The notes: a model not told the origin generated them from the sequence alone. 64,000 nucleotides of DNA from Octopus vulgaris (GCA_951406725.2 OX597839.1:10664001-10728000), one strand, 5' to 3'; positions 12,583 to 26,639 are shown, counted from the stretch's first letter. Program-made: numbers and translations.

Positions 12583-13300
12583 TCTAACCCACGTGAAATG
12601 CATTAAAGAACATACTTTAAACTTTACTAAGTTGAACGATTGTGAAACCGGATTGTAAAATGTGATTTCCTTTTCCTGCATTATATTTTTTGGTTATAAC
12701 ATACACTAAACTTTATTCAGTAAAACAGCTTTTATATAAAAACTTTCTTTCTGATCGGAAACTTTTCAGTAAAATATGATTTTCTCTCTTTCTTTTCAGA
12801 GTGTTAAACTCACCGTGTGAAAACATACACTAATATTTTTTACAGTAAAACTGTTATAGTGTAACGTTTGTTATATGAAAACAATTTTGTATCTTATTTT
12901 CATATGTTCAGATATATTATAGAAATATTTACCTCTTGTATTAAAAAGGTAAAAAAAATTTTATTCAATGTATTGTATTACCATGCATAAAATTTAATTT
13001 TCGTCGCAATATGGAAAGCGACGAAAATTTATAGATCCATTGTGTTTGTTGAAGGATACATAGGCAGAAATATGAACGGAAGAATGTAAAAATTCTATAT
13101 ACTATACAGTGCCAGCCAAATCTTTAGCACGGACTGGTTTCCATTCTTCAACTAAAGTTAGTTAAAAGAAGATCGTTAAAATGTCTACATTTGATAAATA
13201 TTTCAGACCTCTTATAATTATTAAAGATTTTGAGTTTACCTAAAATAAAATATAAAATCTCTGCGATATATAAGCTGCAAATCTTGGAACCATTAGGGGA

Positions 13301-13731
13301 TGATCTTTTAGGTTTGAACGGCAGTTTTTAACATAATTTCTAGGTAACTAAAAAATTTTAAACTTCGTATACTGGTAGTATGAGTTTATAAAACATCTTT
13401 TTCTCTTGGCTTTATTGAGAAAATTCTATAGTTTGTAAGATATTTGTTGTTGTTTTTTCTTCAATTTCTGCAATTTCAACCAATCAATTACGTCTATTGA
13501 GGTAAAAAAACATTCTGTGCCGTATGAATATGTCCCTCGTTTAAGAAACAGATTGGGTTTATTTACATTTGTGAAGAAAAAAAGATACCCTTCTCCCCAC
13601 CCCTAACTCTAACTCTAACCCTAGCCCTAAAACAGATTGAAATGCAATAGATCAATATTAGGGTCATAATTATGGGTGACAATTTCATATGACACCGCTA
13701 GAAAAAACTGCCGTTCAAACCGAAAAGATCC
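13301..13731 (-). mobile_element. MITE family M1
   Basis: Same TIRs and body as 5924-6336; no matching TSD found. Confidence 0.88.
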
Positions 13732-14473
13732 GAAAACTCAACCTTAACCGTCATTAGTAATGTCGTTGATCCAACAAATACAACATTGCAATGACTCCAT
13801 TGTTTGAAACTGGTTGAATTTCCTGGCTGCGACATTTATTTAAAACCTATTTATTAATTAATTCAAATTTGCTATAAACTGGGTTAATTAATCTAAATTC
13901 TGGATTAAAACTAGAGCTCCCTTTATGATTGTTTTACGTAATATATGCTTCACGCCTGGCTTAAAATTCTATACTTTGGTATGGTTTTAATTTTGTTACT
14001 ATATTTTGGATTTCAACTTTAATGTCGCTATATAGAGGTGTATATTTTCTATAGTTTTGGATGATATTGTTTAAAGTACACCTCATAAACTAATTCATTT
14101 CGACTTTTAGTGTTAACAGAAAATACAAAATTATTGCCAGATTTTTTCTTACCAGATTTACGCATGATATCTTCTGATTATCATACAATCTTACTTGATT
14201 TATCCTTCCTATACAATACTTGGCTGTACTATACGTTTCCTATCTCCGTATAATGAAACCGTTCTTTATTAAACTTCTAACACAGTCCACTCCTGAAGTA
14301 GAATCTTCATACTTCACCAACGTGATTTTATGAAACCCTGTTGCAATACACATGCAAGTGTGCGTAATGTTTTAACCTGTTATCTCATATCATCACTCGA
14401 TAAAATATTAGTTTTATTTGTGGAAAGCATTATTAAGTCGCCAACAATTGATACAAAAGATCTTATCAGATAG

Positions 14474-14765
14474 GGATCTTTAGATTTTGACCGGCAGACT
14501 TAGAAAATAATTTTTTGTAACTAAACACTTTCAAACTTCGTATACTGGTAGAATGTGTCATATAAAACATCTTTTACTCATAGCGTAAAGTTTATATTAT
14601 TCTTTGTAAATATAAACGTTTACTCTTCTTAATGTATAAACTTTTCTCAATAAAGCCAAGAGTAAAAGTTGTTTTATATGACACATTCTACCAGTATACG
14701 AAGTTTGAAAGTGTTTACTTACAAAAAAATATTTTCTAAATCTGCCGGTCAAATGGTAAAGATTC
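14474..14765. mobile_element. Palindromic GGATCT-terminal MITE (family M2)
   Basis: About 110-bp inverted arms; perfect 8-bp TSD TCAGATAG (14466-14473 and 14766-14773); shares the AAACTTCGTATACTGGTAGAATGTG block with M1. Confidence 0.9.
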
Positions 14766-15207
14766 TCAGATAGTTTACGATAGATTTTAATATTTTCTTT
14801 CAGCGAAAATAAAATTCATGTTGTGAGCAGTTTAGTTTGTGCTTGTCATCGGCTGTCCTCTTAAATTTGCCTTAAGTGTACAGGTATTTTGTCGTAGTCT
14901 GCTGAAGAAAGGACTTGAAACGTCGTAGTCGAAAAATCCTTGTGAGTTCAATCCCTAGATGAGGATAGGTGCTTTATTATAAATAAAGCACCTGATGACG
15001 ACCGGATATGAAACCAATCGAGATGTTGTGGTTGACTAAAAGAAGGAAGGAAAAACCACCAAACCCAACAAAGTAGAAGTTAGGCAGACAAGCTGAAAAT
15101 GTTTCTTTGAGTGTTTAGAAGAAAGCTTTGTTGTTACAAATGGTATTTCAGCTTTTTATTATGAATTGTTTCTTCTACAAGACTACAAAGAAAGCAAGCG
15201 CACGAAC

Positions 15208-15242
<35 letters not shown>

Positions 15243-15329
15243 ACACACACACACACACACACGCACACAAGCACACACACAAACGACACCACATATCTGC
15301 CTACATACATATAGTTACATTTTCTCTCC

Positions 15330-15369
<40 letters not shown>

Positions 15370-16903
15370 CGAAGATATGCACACCTACACTTGGAGTTAG
15401 ATACACATGCACACGTACACACATTATATATATCTCTCTTTCTTTCTCTCTCTCTCTCTTCCTTTCTTTCTCTCTCTCTTCCTTTCCTTCTCTCTCTTTT
15501 TCTTTCTCACTCGCTCGCTCGCTTTCACTTACACACAGAACACACATACACACGCGTGCACACACACACACGCACGCACGCACACATACATACACACGCG
15601 CGCACACACACACACACAAACCCATGTAAATTAGATTTTCATGGATGAATATTTTTCGGCGATTGAAATAAAAACAAAAACAATGAAAAATCCGTTATTA
15701 TTATTATTGTTATTATTATTATTATTGCGGTTGTTTTTGTTGTTATTTTGTTTTTAAAGCTGTAATGTCTGCTAAGTTGATTGGACGGTTGACTGGCGTT
15801 GTTAGATCGACTTTTGTGTGTTTTATGCGCAGAATAATACGAAATATTTCAAGGAGAATCCACTTTCTCCTTTACACCGACAATTGTCGTTCAATTTCCT
15901 CGTTTGTTAGGCTTCCGTGTTCTATTTTCACCCATTCCAACAACGAGTTCTGCGTACCTGTCAATACAAGCGTACGCTGTGTCTCACTGTGACAACGGCC
16001 GGCAAAAGAGCTACATTTTTCCAGACGCCGTGTGGCGTGGAACGGTGAAGAGTGCTGGTTAGATGGCAAGAAACACAAGAAGCAATAACGGACCTGGTTA
16101 CGTCACCATGTAGAAGGGGAAAAACGAAAGAAAGATAGAGAGAGAGAGAGAGAAATTATGTGTATATGTATATATGTGTGTGAAAGGAGAGAATGAAAGA
16201 GAGAGAGAGAGAGAGAGGAGAGAGAGCGGTAAGGGGGAAGAGACGGAGAAGGAATGAGTGAAAGAAACTAACAGAACAAGAAAGAAAAGGAAAGAGCGAA
16301 ACTACGAGGGTTTCATTCGAGAACCATTATTCGCGCATGACTAAACTGAAATGTCACCGAGAATAATGATTGAATTGTAAAGTGTGAAGCAGAGCCGACC
16401 GAAAGATGTTGGAGAGATAAATATTGATCGGTAGCAGCCATGGAACGCCATTTTAAGTTGCCATTTTGTTTTTGCCTTCATTTCGTCTTTTCTTTTCCTA
16501 TTTTTCTTTTGTTTTGTGATATTTTCGCCAGTTTTTCAGCCAAGATAGCTAACATTTCATTTAAAGAACTGTGAAGCCGTCCATGTTCTCTTGGTGAACA
16601 ATAATCATGAGCAAGCGGGAGGGCTACACTTGAGGTTTCACTGACTCGCATATCTATACATCCAGGCCATAATTCCGACAGCATCAACAACAGGCCTCCT
16701 GGACACACAGTTTCCATAACATCAACATAAAAGCGACAAGCTGTGCTTAAACTGCCCGGAGCTTGTAGAAAGTGGGCTATATTATGCCCAATGCCCCAAG
16801 GCTAACCTTTCAAGTGGGATAAACATGACATGAAGAACAGAACAGACGGATTTGTGGGCTGTGAGACCCACTCTCTCTCTCTCCTGCTCTGTCCATCTGT
16901 CTT

Positions 16904-16946
<43 letters not shown>

Positions 16947-16960
16947 GACTCTCTCTCTCT

Positions 16961-17024
<64 letters not shown>

Positions 17025-17044
17025 ATATATATATATATATATAT

Positions 17045-17240
17045 AGGCGAACTGGCAGAATCGTTAGCACGTCGGGTAAAATGCTTAGCGGCATTTCGTC
17101 CGTCATGTTTTGAGTTCAAATCCGTCGATGTCCGACTTTGCCTCCCATCTTTCCGGGGTCGATAAAATAAGTACCAGTTGAACACTGGGGTTGATGTAAT
17201 CCACTAACTCACCTCTCCCGAAATTGCAGGTCTTGTGATC
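17045..17240 (+). mobile_element. SINE family B, older subfamily
   Basis: Diverged B head and core. Confidence 0.8.
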
Positions 17241-17249
17241 AAAATCTGA

Positions 17250-17305
<56 letters not shown>

Positions 17306-17529
17306 CATATCTCCACATTTGCACATCTGTAGCACACACACACACACCACTACCGCCTCTTATGTTCGATCCCAGACACAATACAGTAACATATTCTCCA
17401 CTTCGTTTTCCAGTCCCTTCCCCTCTTCTTAACCCTTCCTATAAATTTTCCCATTTTTTTATTTTTATTTTATCTTATTGTTTTGATTTTCACTGACTAT
17501 TTCTGACTCTCAGTTCCCACATATCTCGC

Positions 17530-17665
17530 TTTTTTTTATTCTGATGAAGGCCTTAAGTCCGAAACGTTTCAACACTTTTTCGTTCACAAAAGCGTTAAGC
17601 TAATACTTTATTTATCATACTTTGTTCCTTCCGTGTTTTCTTTTATTGTTCATTATATTTACACA
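17530..17665 (+). mobile_element. Decayed Penelope-type terminal unit with hammerhead-like motif
   Basis: CTGATGA-A-GGCC-TTAA-GTCC-GAAACGTT followed by AGCGTTAAGCTAATAC, similar to the P units. Confidence 0.5.
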
Positions 17666-18250
17666 GCATGCGCGTGCATGTGTATTGCTCTAAGTTAAAT
17701 AACTCAGAAGACTGCTATTCAATAAACTACTCAGTAAATTTTATATTACTAGCTCTGTGCGTATATACAATACTGTCCTCTTAACTCTAACTGCGTAACT
17801 AGGGACATTTTCTATAAATGCATTAGTGAAGACTTCATATAAGGTATGAATTGGGTTAACCGGTATTAGTTTCAAGACTCGGTACTATCAACATACTGTT
17901 TTCTTTAGAAGTCCTGTCAGAAGAAATGATATGGCAAATGAAAAACACCAACATCTATTATGAGCAGAAATGAGAAGGGTTCGGGATTAATAGAATTGTT
18001 AGAGCGATGAACAAAATGCTTTACCGTATTTCTTCCGGCTCTTCATATTCTGTGTTCAAATCCCAAGGAGGTCAACTTCGCCTTTCTGCCTATCAGGATC
18101 GACGAACGAAAGCATTGTCTAGATAAATAGGAATTCGGAGATAACTGTCTATCTTTTACTTGTTCCATCATTGGACTATGATGATGTTGGGGCACCAGTT
18201 CGAAGAAGCTTTAGCCGCATGAATCGACTCCGGTGCCTTTTTAAAGCCTC

Positions 18251-18450
18251 GGGCGAAATGCGTAGCTGTATTTCGTCTGCCGTTACGCTGTGAGTTCAAA
18301 TTCCGCCGAGGTCGACTTTGCCTTTCATCCTTTCAGGGTCGATAAATTAAGTACCAGTTACGCACTGGGGTCGATGGAATCGACTTAATACCTATGTCTG
18401 TCCTTGTTTGTCCCATCTATGTTTAGCCCCTTGTGGGTAATAAAGAAATA
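18251..18450 (+). mobile_element. SINE B inserted into an old minus-strand SINE A (about 18150-18525)
   Basis: The A-like sequence aaagcct|ggtacttattct is interrupted by a 5'-truncated B copy. Confidence 0.8.
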
Positions 18451-18648
18451 GGTACTTATTCTGTCAGTTAATTTTGCCGAACCTCTAAGTTACGGGAGGC
18501 CTTAAGTATTTTATCACCGGTTGTCTGGCGGCGATGGAATCAAAACGCATACACAGTGACACAGTCACATAGAGGATATGCTGTTCTCGGGCGCATCTTG
18601 GCGTTTTTATTATTAACATACCTTGATTCAATTGGATCCTGCAAATAA

Positions 18649-18682
<34 letters not shown>

Positions 18683-19217
18683 TATGGTTCAATTAAAGAT
18701 TATTATTATTATTTTAAAATAATATTTCCGTATTTTCTCTTATTAGGGTGTTAGCAAGTTCGTACATTTTGTTATAACATTGAAAATTACAGACGGAAAA
18801 ATTATATTTTGTTTTTACAGCCCGCTTATTCACATGGAATTATTAACAATAACAGAGGTTTATGCTAAGTAAAATATTAGATTAACTATTACTTAACTGG
18901 ATCAAAATTCTCCTCATATAACTACATACATACATATACACATACATACATGCATATAATAAAACTTGGTTTTTTATATAGTCGTGATAATTGAAAGAGT
19001 AAATTGTGTATTTTTATGGCATTTTTTTCTCATGACTTCAGTTAACATAGATTGAAATATCTTAAATAACCGAAAGAATACAATTACAGAAGTAATTCTC
19101 AGCTTTATTAATAATAGAGGTGTGCGCGTGTGAGTGCGCGCACCTGTAAGCGGATGCATGCAAATAGTATTATTCATTGCTGTTATATAGTTATTAATAT
19201 ATAAATTATATAAATGT

Positions 19218-19613
19218 GGTCGCAGCAGTGGCTGTGTGGTAAGAAGCTTGCTTTCCAATCACATGGTTCTGGGTTCACTCCCACTGCGTGGCACCTTGGA
19301 CAAGTGTCTTCTACTTTAGCCTCGGGCCGACCAAAGCCTTGTGAGTGGATTTAGTAGACGGAAACTGAAAGAAGCCCGTCGTATATATGTATATGTGTGT
19401 GTGTGTATATGTTTATGTGTCTGTGTTTGTCCCCCTTACATCGCTTGACAACCGATGGTGGCGTGTTTACGTCCCCGTAACTTAGCGGTTCGGCAAAAGA
19501 GACCGATAGAATAAGTATTAGGCTTACAAAGCATAAGTACTGGGGTCGATTTGCTCGTCTAAAGGCGGTGCTCCAGCATGGCCGCAGTCAAACGACTGAA
19601 AAGAATAAAAGAA
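19218..19613 (+). mobile_element. SINE family A
   Basis: Full-length match to 9450-9844. Confidence 0.92.
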
Positions 19614-19639
19614 TATTATATATTATTTATATGTATATA

Positions 19640-20048
19640 GGCGCAGGAGTGGCTGTGTGGTAAGTAGCTGGCTTACCAACCACATGGTTCCGGGTTCAGT
19701 CCCACTGCGTGGCATCTTGGGCAAGTGTCTTCTGCTATAGCCTCGGGCCGACCAATGCCTTGTGAGTGGATTTGGTAGACGGAAACTGAAAGAAGCCAGT
19801 CGTATATATGTATATATATATATGAGTATCTGTATGTTTGTGTGTCTGTGTTTGTCCCCCTAGCATTGCTTGACAACCGATGCTGGTGTGTCTACGTCCC
19901 CGTCACTTAGTGGTTCGGCAGAAGATACCGATAGAATAAGTACTGGGCTTACAAAGAATAAATCCCGGGGTCGATTTGCTCGACTAAAGGCGGTGCTCCA
20001 GCATGGCCTCAGTCAAATGACTGAAACAAGTAAAAGAGTAAAAGAGTA
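19640..20048 (+). mobile_element. SINE family A
   Basis: Full-length copy directly downstream of the previous one. Confidence 0.92.
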
Positions 20049-20458
20049 ATATATATATGTGTGTGTGTGTGTATGTGTGTGTGTATATATGTATACATAT
20101 ACACTCACACACATTATTATTTATTACTGAATGAAGTTTAAAGCCATCACAATGCTATTACAAAACTATTACGTTAGCTAATCTCTTTCTTCAGACATAA
20201 TAATTGGTATGTTCACGTCAGCCATTTTTGTTTTTTATATGACTACATTAATAATAATAATAGTAATAATAATAATGTGTTTTATTGTCAATCAAGATAG
20301 AGTCAGCTTCATCTGATATTTCTGTGACAAAAAAAAATGCACAGTACGGGATATTCAGAATTATTTGGTTATGGCAGAATATGTATTATACTATAATGGT
20401 GTAATGCTTTTTGTGTTTTTAGAAATGTATTAAAGAAAGTAAAGGATTTGTCAGCATT

Positions 20459-20459
<1 letters not shown>

Positions 20460-20557
<98 letters not shown>

Positions 20558-20756
20558 CACACGGTCATACACATACACACACGGTCATACACATACACAC
20601 ACGATCATACACAAGCGCGCATACACGTTATTGTTACTAAACAATTCTACTGACCTCGGAATTCTATCTACCAAATTAACGTTATATCTGACGAAACAAT
20701 ATCACTCTCCCTCTCTCTCTTTATCTATCTATCTGTCTGTCTACCTATCTATCTAC

Positions 20757-20843
<87 letters not shown>

Positions 20844-20844
20844 C

Positions 20845-20886
<42 letters not shown>

Positions 20887-20929
20887 CTCCCTATCCACCT
20901 ATCTGTCTGTCTCTATCTATCTATCTGTC

Positions 20930-20993
<64 letters not shown>

Positions 20994-21190
20994 CCTATCT
21001 ATCTATCTATCTCTATCTATCTATCTATCTCTATCCACCTATCTGTCTGTCTCTATCTATCTACCTATCTGTCTGTCTCTATCTATCCACCTATCTGTCT
21101 GTCTCTATCTATCTACCTATCTGTCTCTATCTATCTATCTATCTATCAAGCTAGCTAGCTTAGCTGTCTGTCTGTCTACCTATCTATGAC
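20460..21190. repeat. (TC)n and long (TCTA)n microsatellites
   Basis: Seen directly. Confidence 0.95.
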
Positions 21191-21432
21191 TCTATTATTC
21201 ATATGTATAATAAGAAGAACACAAGTAGGTTAAAGGTTCACTACAGCTGTTTCAGAAGCGTTTTTTTTTTTGTTGAATAAATTCGATTACAAAATAAAAT
21301 AAAAAAGAACCGTTTTCTTCAGGTGAATTAAAAGTTTAAAATTTGGTTCGGAGGAAAAATACCATGATGCGGAATCTGGGTTGATCCTCTCATTTCAGCA
21401 ACAACGGAGAGACTCCTGCTTGATGTTCTCAG

Positions 21433-21615
21433 GGCAGCGAGCTGGCAGAATCATTAAGCACGCCGAGCAAAATGCTTAGCGACATTTCCTCCGTCTTTAC
21501 GTTCTGAGTTCAAATTCTACCAAAGTTGACTTTGCTTTTTATCCTTTTGGGGTCGTCGTAGCCGACTTATTCACCTTCCTGCGAATTTGCTGGCCTTGTG
21601 CCAAAATTTGAAACC
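21433..21615 (+). mobile_element. SINE family B, old subfamily
   Basis: GGCAGCGAGCTGGCAGAATC head; GGCCTTGTGCCAAAATTTGAAACC tail. Confidence 0.75.
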
Positions 21616-21891
21616 AATATTAAAATACTTTGATTCAAATGTATGTGTTGACCTCATAAGAATTCATAAACTTTCGAGAGACCGTGGAATCCCTTTTTTC
21701 TTAAATTGGTTCTCAAAATATATATAAAGTTAATGCCTGTAATGTCTACAGGAGATGTGGTTTCGCATCCCAGGGACAGCCTTCAACTTTTACTATCCCA
21801 AAGCAATTTTCAACCCAATATTTAAATACTATTATTTTTAACTTTGAGAAACAATTCCAAAATAATAAAAAAAAACAATATTTATATTATA

Positions 21892-22174
21892 CTAGCATTA
21901 TTGACACGAGTACTGTCCAAATCTCCGACCAATCACATACAGCTAGCTGGCATTCAATTGGCGTATCAAGTTTCGGGCATTTTGATTGGGTTTTGGATAG
22001 AAAATTCACAAAAAAGTCACTTCTATTGCTTTTTTAATGGCTTTGCGGGGTGATGTGCACGACCACCCTTGGACGGTTTTGAATGACCATAGAAAGTGCG
22101 AGCCCGCTAACTGAAAAATTGTGGATTTGTATAAAGGACACACACACACACATTTTGCCGTTTATAGTGAGAGA
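21892..22174 (-). mobile_element. Non-autonomous Helitron (family H1)
   Basis: TC...CTAG termini on the minus strand; 5' 100 bp homologous to 267-380. Confidence 0.7.
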
Positions 22175-22753
22175 TATATGTAAACATTCGTGTGTGTGCG
22201 CATGTTATGCATGTGTGTGCGTGTGCATGTTATGTATGTGTATGTGTGTGTGCATGTATAAACGCACGCTTAAGATTTATAAGTTAATGCATATAACAGA
22301 TTTGATTTTAATATCAATCTTTCATTTCCTATGAGAGAAAGCCGGAGCGAGGGGTCACATACATGTTAGATGTATCCCACATTAAATATATCCCTTTAAT
22401 TTTTAGCATTGCATGTGCCAGCTGAATTATCAGGAGTCGCCCATGGTGCATAATACATACATACAAGTTACATATAAGCGTTAAATACCCTTATCCATCT
22501 AACACGTGTACTCCTGTACACAGTTCTGTATGTTATAACTAATCCTCTGCTAATACTTGGATTTACTTAATATAAAATATTTCGTGGATGCATTAACATC
22601 AACGTTGACTCTCAAATAACTAACTGGAGATGCAATTTAAATCTCCGCTATATTAAATGTAGCTCTCATCTCATCTCATGCATATACTCCAACTTGAATA
22701 AATAAAATAAAATGAAATATATTATACTATATTACATTACAAGACTACATTCA

Positions 22754-23174
22754 GATCTTTTCGGTTTGAACGGCGGTTTTTAACATAATTTCTAGGTAAC
22801 TAAAAATTTTAAACTTCGTATACAGGTAGAATGTGTTTATAAAACATCTTTTTCTCTTGGCTTTATTGAGAAAATTCTATAGTTTGTAAGATATTTGTTG
22901 TTGTTTTTTCCTTTCAATTTCTGCAATTTCAACCAATAAATTATGTCCATTGAGGTAAAAAAGCATTCTGTGCCATATGAATATGTCCCTCGTTTAAGAA
23001 ACAGATTGGGTTTATTTACATTTGCTGAAGAAAAAAATATACCCTTCCCCCCACCCCTAACCCTAACCCTAAAACAAATTGAAATGCAATAGATCGATAC
23101 TAGGGTCATAATTATGGGTGACAAATTTCATATGACACCGCTAGAAAAAACTGCCGTTCAAACCGAAAAGATCC
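22754..23174 (-). mobile_element. MITE family M1 flanked by a 65-bp direct duplication
   Basis: M1 TIRs; 22689-22753 equals 23175-23239 with one mismatch. Confidence 0.9.
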
Positions 23175-24389
23175 CCAACTTGAATAAATAAAATAAAATG
23201 AAATATATTATACTATATTACATTACAAGACCACATTCACATCCAGACCGACTTAGAAATGGTTAAATAGATATGCAACCTTATCATATATATTTCTACA
23301 TTAGCACTTCTATAAATTTAATTATAAGAGTATTTATAAGTCATACGTTAAACTCGACCAATAATCAGAATTATACAAAATGTCTCCATTCAGCTTTATA
23401 TTGAAATAAAATCAAAATATGCCTGTGTAGATAAATTATGTTTATGCTAACATAGACCATTCTCTATGAAGTATCAGTATACATATATGTATCTGCGTCT
23501 ACTATAACTAAAGACTTACATATATTTTGAGTTAAACATAATATATTATAGCTCCATTGATATCTAAGTAGTAACTCGTATATATGTTTACATAGACACA
23601 ATCTTTCATACATTTAATATTTATATGCTTATATTATGTAACTGAACATGAAATTGTAGTTGATAAAAAAGTAGTCAGACAGTTTTGCATCAAAATAGGT
23701 TCACAAATAATTATTGAAATTATTACCGAGGCGAACGATATAGCGTGATTATTGGTATTAAAATCGTGACATGAGATATTTCCTTTTATATCCGGCGATT
23801 TATACAGAGATGATGGTTCTTATTGTTCTCTGAAAAAAAATTTTTTTTAAAGCCACCGATAAAAACCTTTTACAGTTTTTTCTTTTTTTTTATTAAAGAA
23901 TTGGGATTCACAACAATTATAGAATGCAAAATTCTTATTCACCGAAGTACGTCCATTTAAGTCCTTTCTAGTTCTTTAAAATTCCAACTTCTGCTACCAT
24001 TTACAAACAGGTTAGAATTTCTAACCCATTTCATTGAAATAGATCCTCCTCCCTACCTCTGTATCTTTTATCTCTTTTCCTCGTTTCTCCCGTGCTGAAG
24101 CTTCGCTTCGTTGGATAAACCGAAAGACTCAACCTCAGCAATTATTTTAATTCTGGTACTTATTCAGTCAGAGTCTTTTATCAAACTGCTATGTTACAGG
24201 GACGTAAACAAAGCAACAGAGGTTGTCTAGTGGTGTGGGGGTGGCATTCATACACACAAAGACACACTGGCATATACATAGGCACACACAAACACACGTG
24301 TATATGTAAACAAGACGGGTTTCTGCCCAGTTTCTGCCTCCCAAATTTATTCCCACTCACCCAAAGAACCGATTCTTGTTGCCAACCTT

Positions 24390-24712
24390 CCATGCTGGAT
24401 CACCGCCTTTAATCAAGCAAACCGACCCCAGGACTAGTACTTATTCTATCAGTCTCTTTTGCCGAACCGCTAAGTTACGGGGACGTAAACACACCAGCAT
24501 CGGTTATCAAGCGATGTTGAGGGGACAAACACAGACACACACACATATATACATATATACGACGGGTTTCTTTCAGTTTCCATCTATTAAATCCACTCAC
24601 AAGGTATTGGTCGGCCCGAGGCTATAGTAGAAGACACTTGCCCAAGGTTCCACGCAACCCGGAACCATGTGGTTGGTAAGCAAGCTACTTACCACACAGC
24701 CACTCCTACGCC
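24390..24712 (-). mobile_element. SINE family A, slightly deleted
   Basis: Reverse-complement match; an older A-like relic precedes it at about 24110-24360. Confidence 0.85.
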
Positions 24713-24744
24713 TATAAAAACATTCAATGAACTTGGTATTTATT

Positions 24745-25035
24745 GGCACTTCGTCGGATATGACGACGAGTGTTCCAGTTTATCCGATCGACGGAAACTA
24801 TCTGCTCGTGAAATTAACATGCAAGTGGCTGAATACTCCACAGACACGCGTACCCATAACATAGTTCTTAGGCAGATTCAACGTGACACAACGTGACAAA
24901 GCTGGCCCTTTGAATTACTCGTACAATTCATTATTATCAGCTGAGGAGACATGAGTAATGTGAAATAAAGTATCTTGTACTGCCGATAATCGAACCCATA
25001 CTCTTACGATCGCTAGCTGAATGCCCTGACCACTT
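24745..25035 (-). mobile_element. SINE family E (D-like head, different 3' module)
   Basis: Minus-strand head with GGGTTCGATT; 3' part matches 7386-7528. Confidence 0.6.
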
Positions 25036-25083
25036 CACAAAGTACGCCCCTTCACAAAACTTCGTATAAACAGAAGCAACTTA

Positions 25084-25696
25084 GGATCTTTTCCTTTTGA
25101 ACGGCAGATGTCAACACAATTTCTAGTTAACTAAACACTTTTAAACTTCGTATACTGGTAGAATGTGTTTATAAAACATCATTTTCTCTTGGTTTTATTG
25201 AGAAAATTCTATAGTTTGTAAGATATTTCGTCTGAAAATCCGAGCATTTCGGCAATTTTAACCAATCGATTAAAATCATTTGCTGAGTCTAAAACTGAGA
25301 CAACATCCTGTAACTAACCCTAACCCTAACCCTAAATTTTTTTTCTTAATTGTTAAATTAATTTAATTCCATTGCTTTAGTTTTTTTTACACGCGTAACA
25401 ATTAAATTAATTTAACAATTAAGAAAAGAAAAATTTAGGGTTTGGGTTAGGGGGGAGGTTTAGGGTTAGTTACAGGATGTTGTCTCAGTTTTAGACACAA
25501 ATGATTTTAGCTCAAAAGATAGCATAGGATTGGTTAAAATTCGAAAAATTAAACTACGTTAAACAAACAAATTACAATTTTCTCAAGAAAGCCAAGAGAA
25601 AAAAAAATGTTTTATTTTGACACAATCTATCAGTATACGAAGTTTTAAAGTGTTCAGTTAACTAGAAATTGTCTGCCGTTCAAAAGGAAAAGATCC
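25084..25696. mobile_element. Fold-back GGATCT-terminal MITE with CCCTAA/TTAGGG arms (family M3)
   Basis: TIR GGATCTTTTCCTTTTGAACGGCAG; almost entirely palindromic; TSD GCAACTTA / ACAACTTA. Confidence 0.9.
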
Positions 25697-26143
25697 ACAA
25701 CTTAAACGACAATACAGACGATCATCTCTACGAAGAAGGTTCTGAGTGTAGCAAAAAATTTCCCGAAATTCATAGCCATCCCCGATTTTTCAGGCTTTGA
25801 AGAAAACAGCGCTGACGAAGAATGGTTTATGATTTGTGACCTTTTTTATGGGTTCCTTTCCATTACAGCATTTCTTTTTTAAACCCTGATTTTCTTTCCA
25901 TTAAAATTTATAAACCACTTTATTCTATTGTTCACTTGTTTGTCATACGATAATATACGTACGTGCTGACATCATTTCTGAAAGACGAGGGTAAAAAAAA
26001 CACTTGTAAGTTTAGCTTTTAATATCTTTAGAGTCGACATTTTTTGCAATAAAATATTCTCTTCAACTTAAGAGAGCACATTATATGCCGTGAAATACAG
26101 TATGCATGTATATCTGTGTGTGTGTGTGTTTACTTACATACAT

Positions 26144-26196
<53 letters not shown>

Positions 26197-26234
26197 TATT
26201 TGTACAAAGAAACACATACAAATATACATACATA

Positions 26235-26632
26235 GGCGAAGGTGTGACTGTGTGGTAAGTAGCTTGCTTACCAACCACATGGTTCCGGGTTCAGTCCCAC
26301 TGCGTGGCACCTTGGGCAAGTGTCTTCTACTATAGCCTCGGGCCGACCAAAGACCTGTGAGTGGATTTGGTAGACGGAAACTAAATGAAGCTCGTCGTGT
26401 ATATATTTGTGTGTGTCTGTGTTTGCACCCCCACCACCATCGCTTGACAACCGATGGTGGCGTGTCTACGTCCCCGTAACTTAGCGGTTCGGCAAAAGAA
26501 GCACCAGAATAAGTACCAAGCTTGAAAAGAATAAGTACTGTGGTCGATTTGCTCGACTAAAGGCGGTGCTCCAGCATGGCCGCAGTCAAATGACTGAAAC
26601 AAGTAAAAGTGTAAAAGAGACAGAGTAAAGAG
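26235..26632 (+). mobile_element. SINE family A
   Basis: Full-length match. Confidence 0.9.
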
Positions 26633-26639
26633 TATGTGT

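Noticed and set aside
14902-14930. Hammerhead-like CTGAAGA-AAGGACTT-GAAACGTC
   Set aside because: Stem II loop is only 2 nt and stem I does not pair in register; at most a decayed relic.
25316-25470. Telomere or chromosome-fusion scar
   Set aside because: Only 2-4 TTAGGG units, and they lie inside TIR-bounded elements with TSDs.
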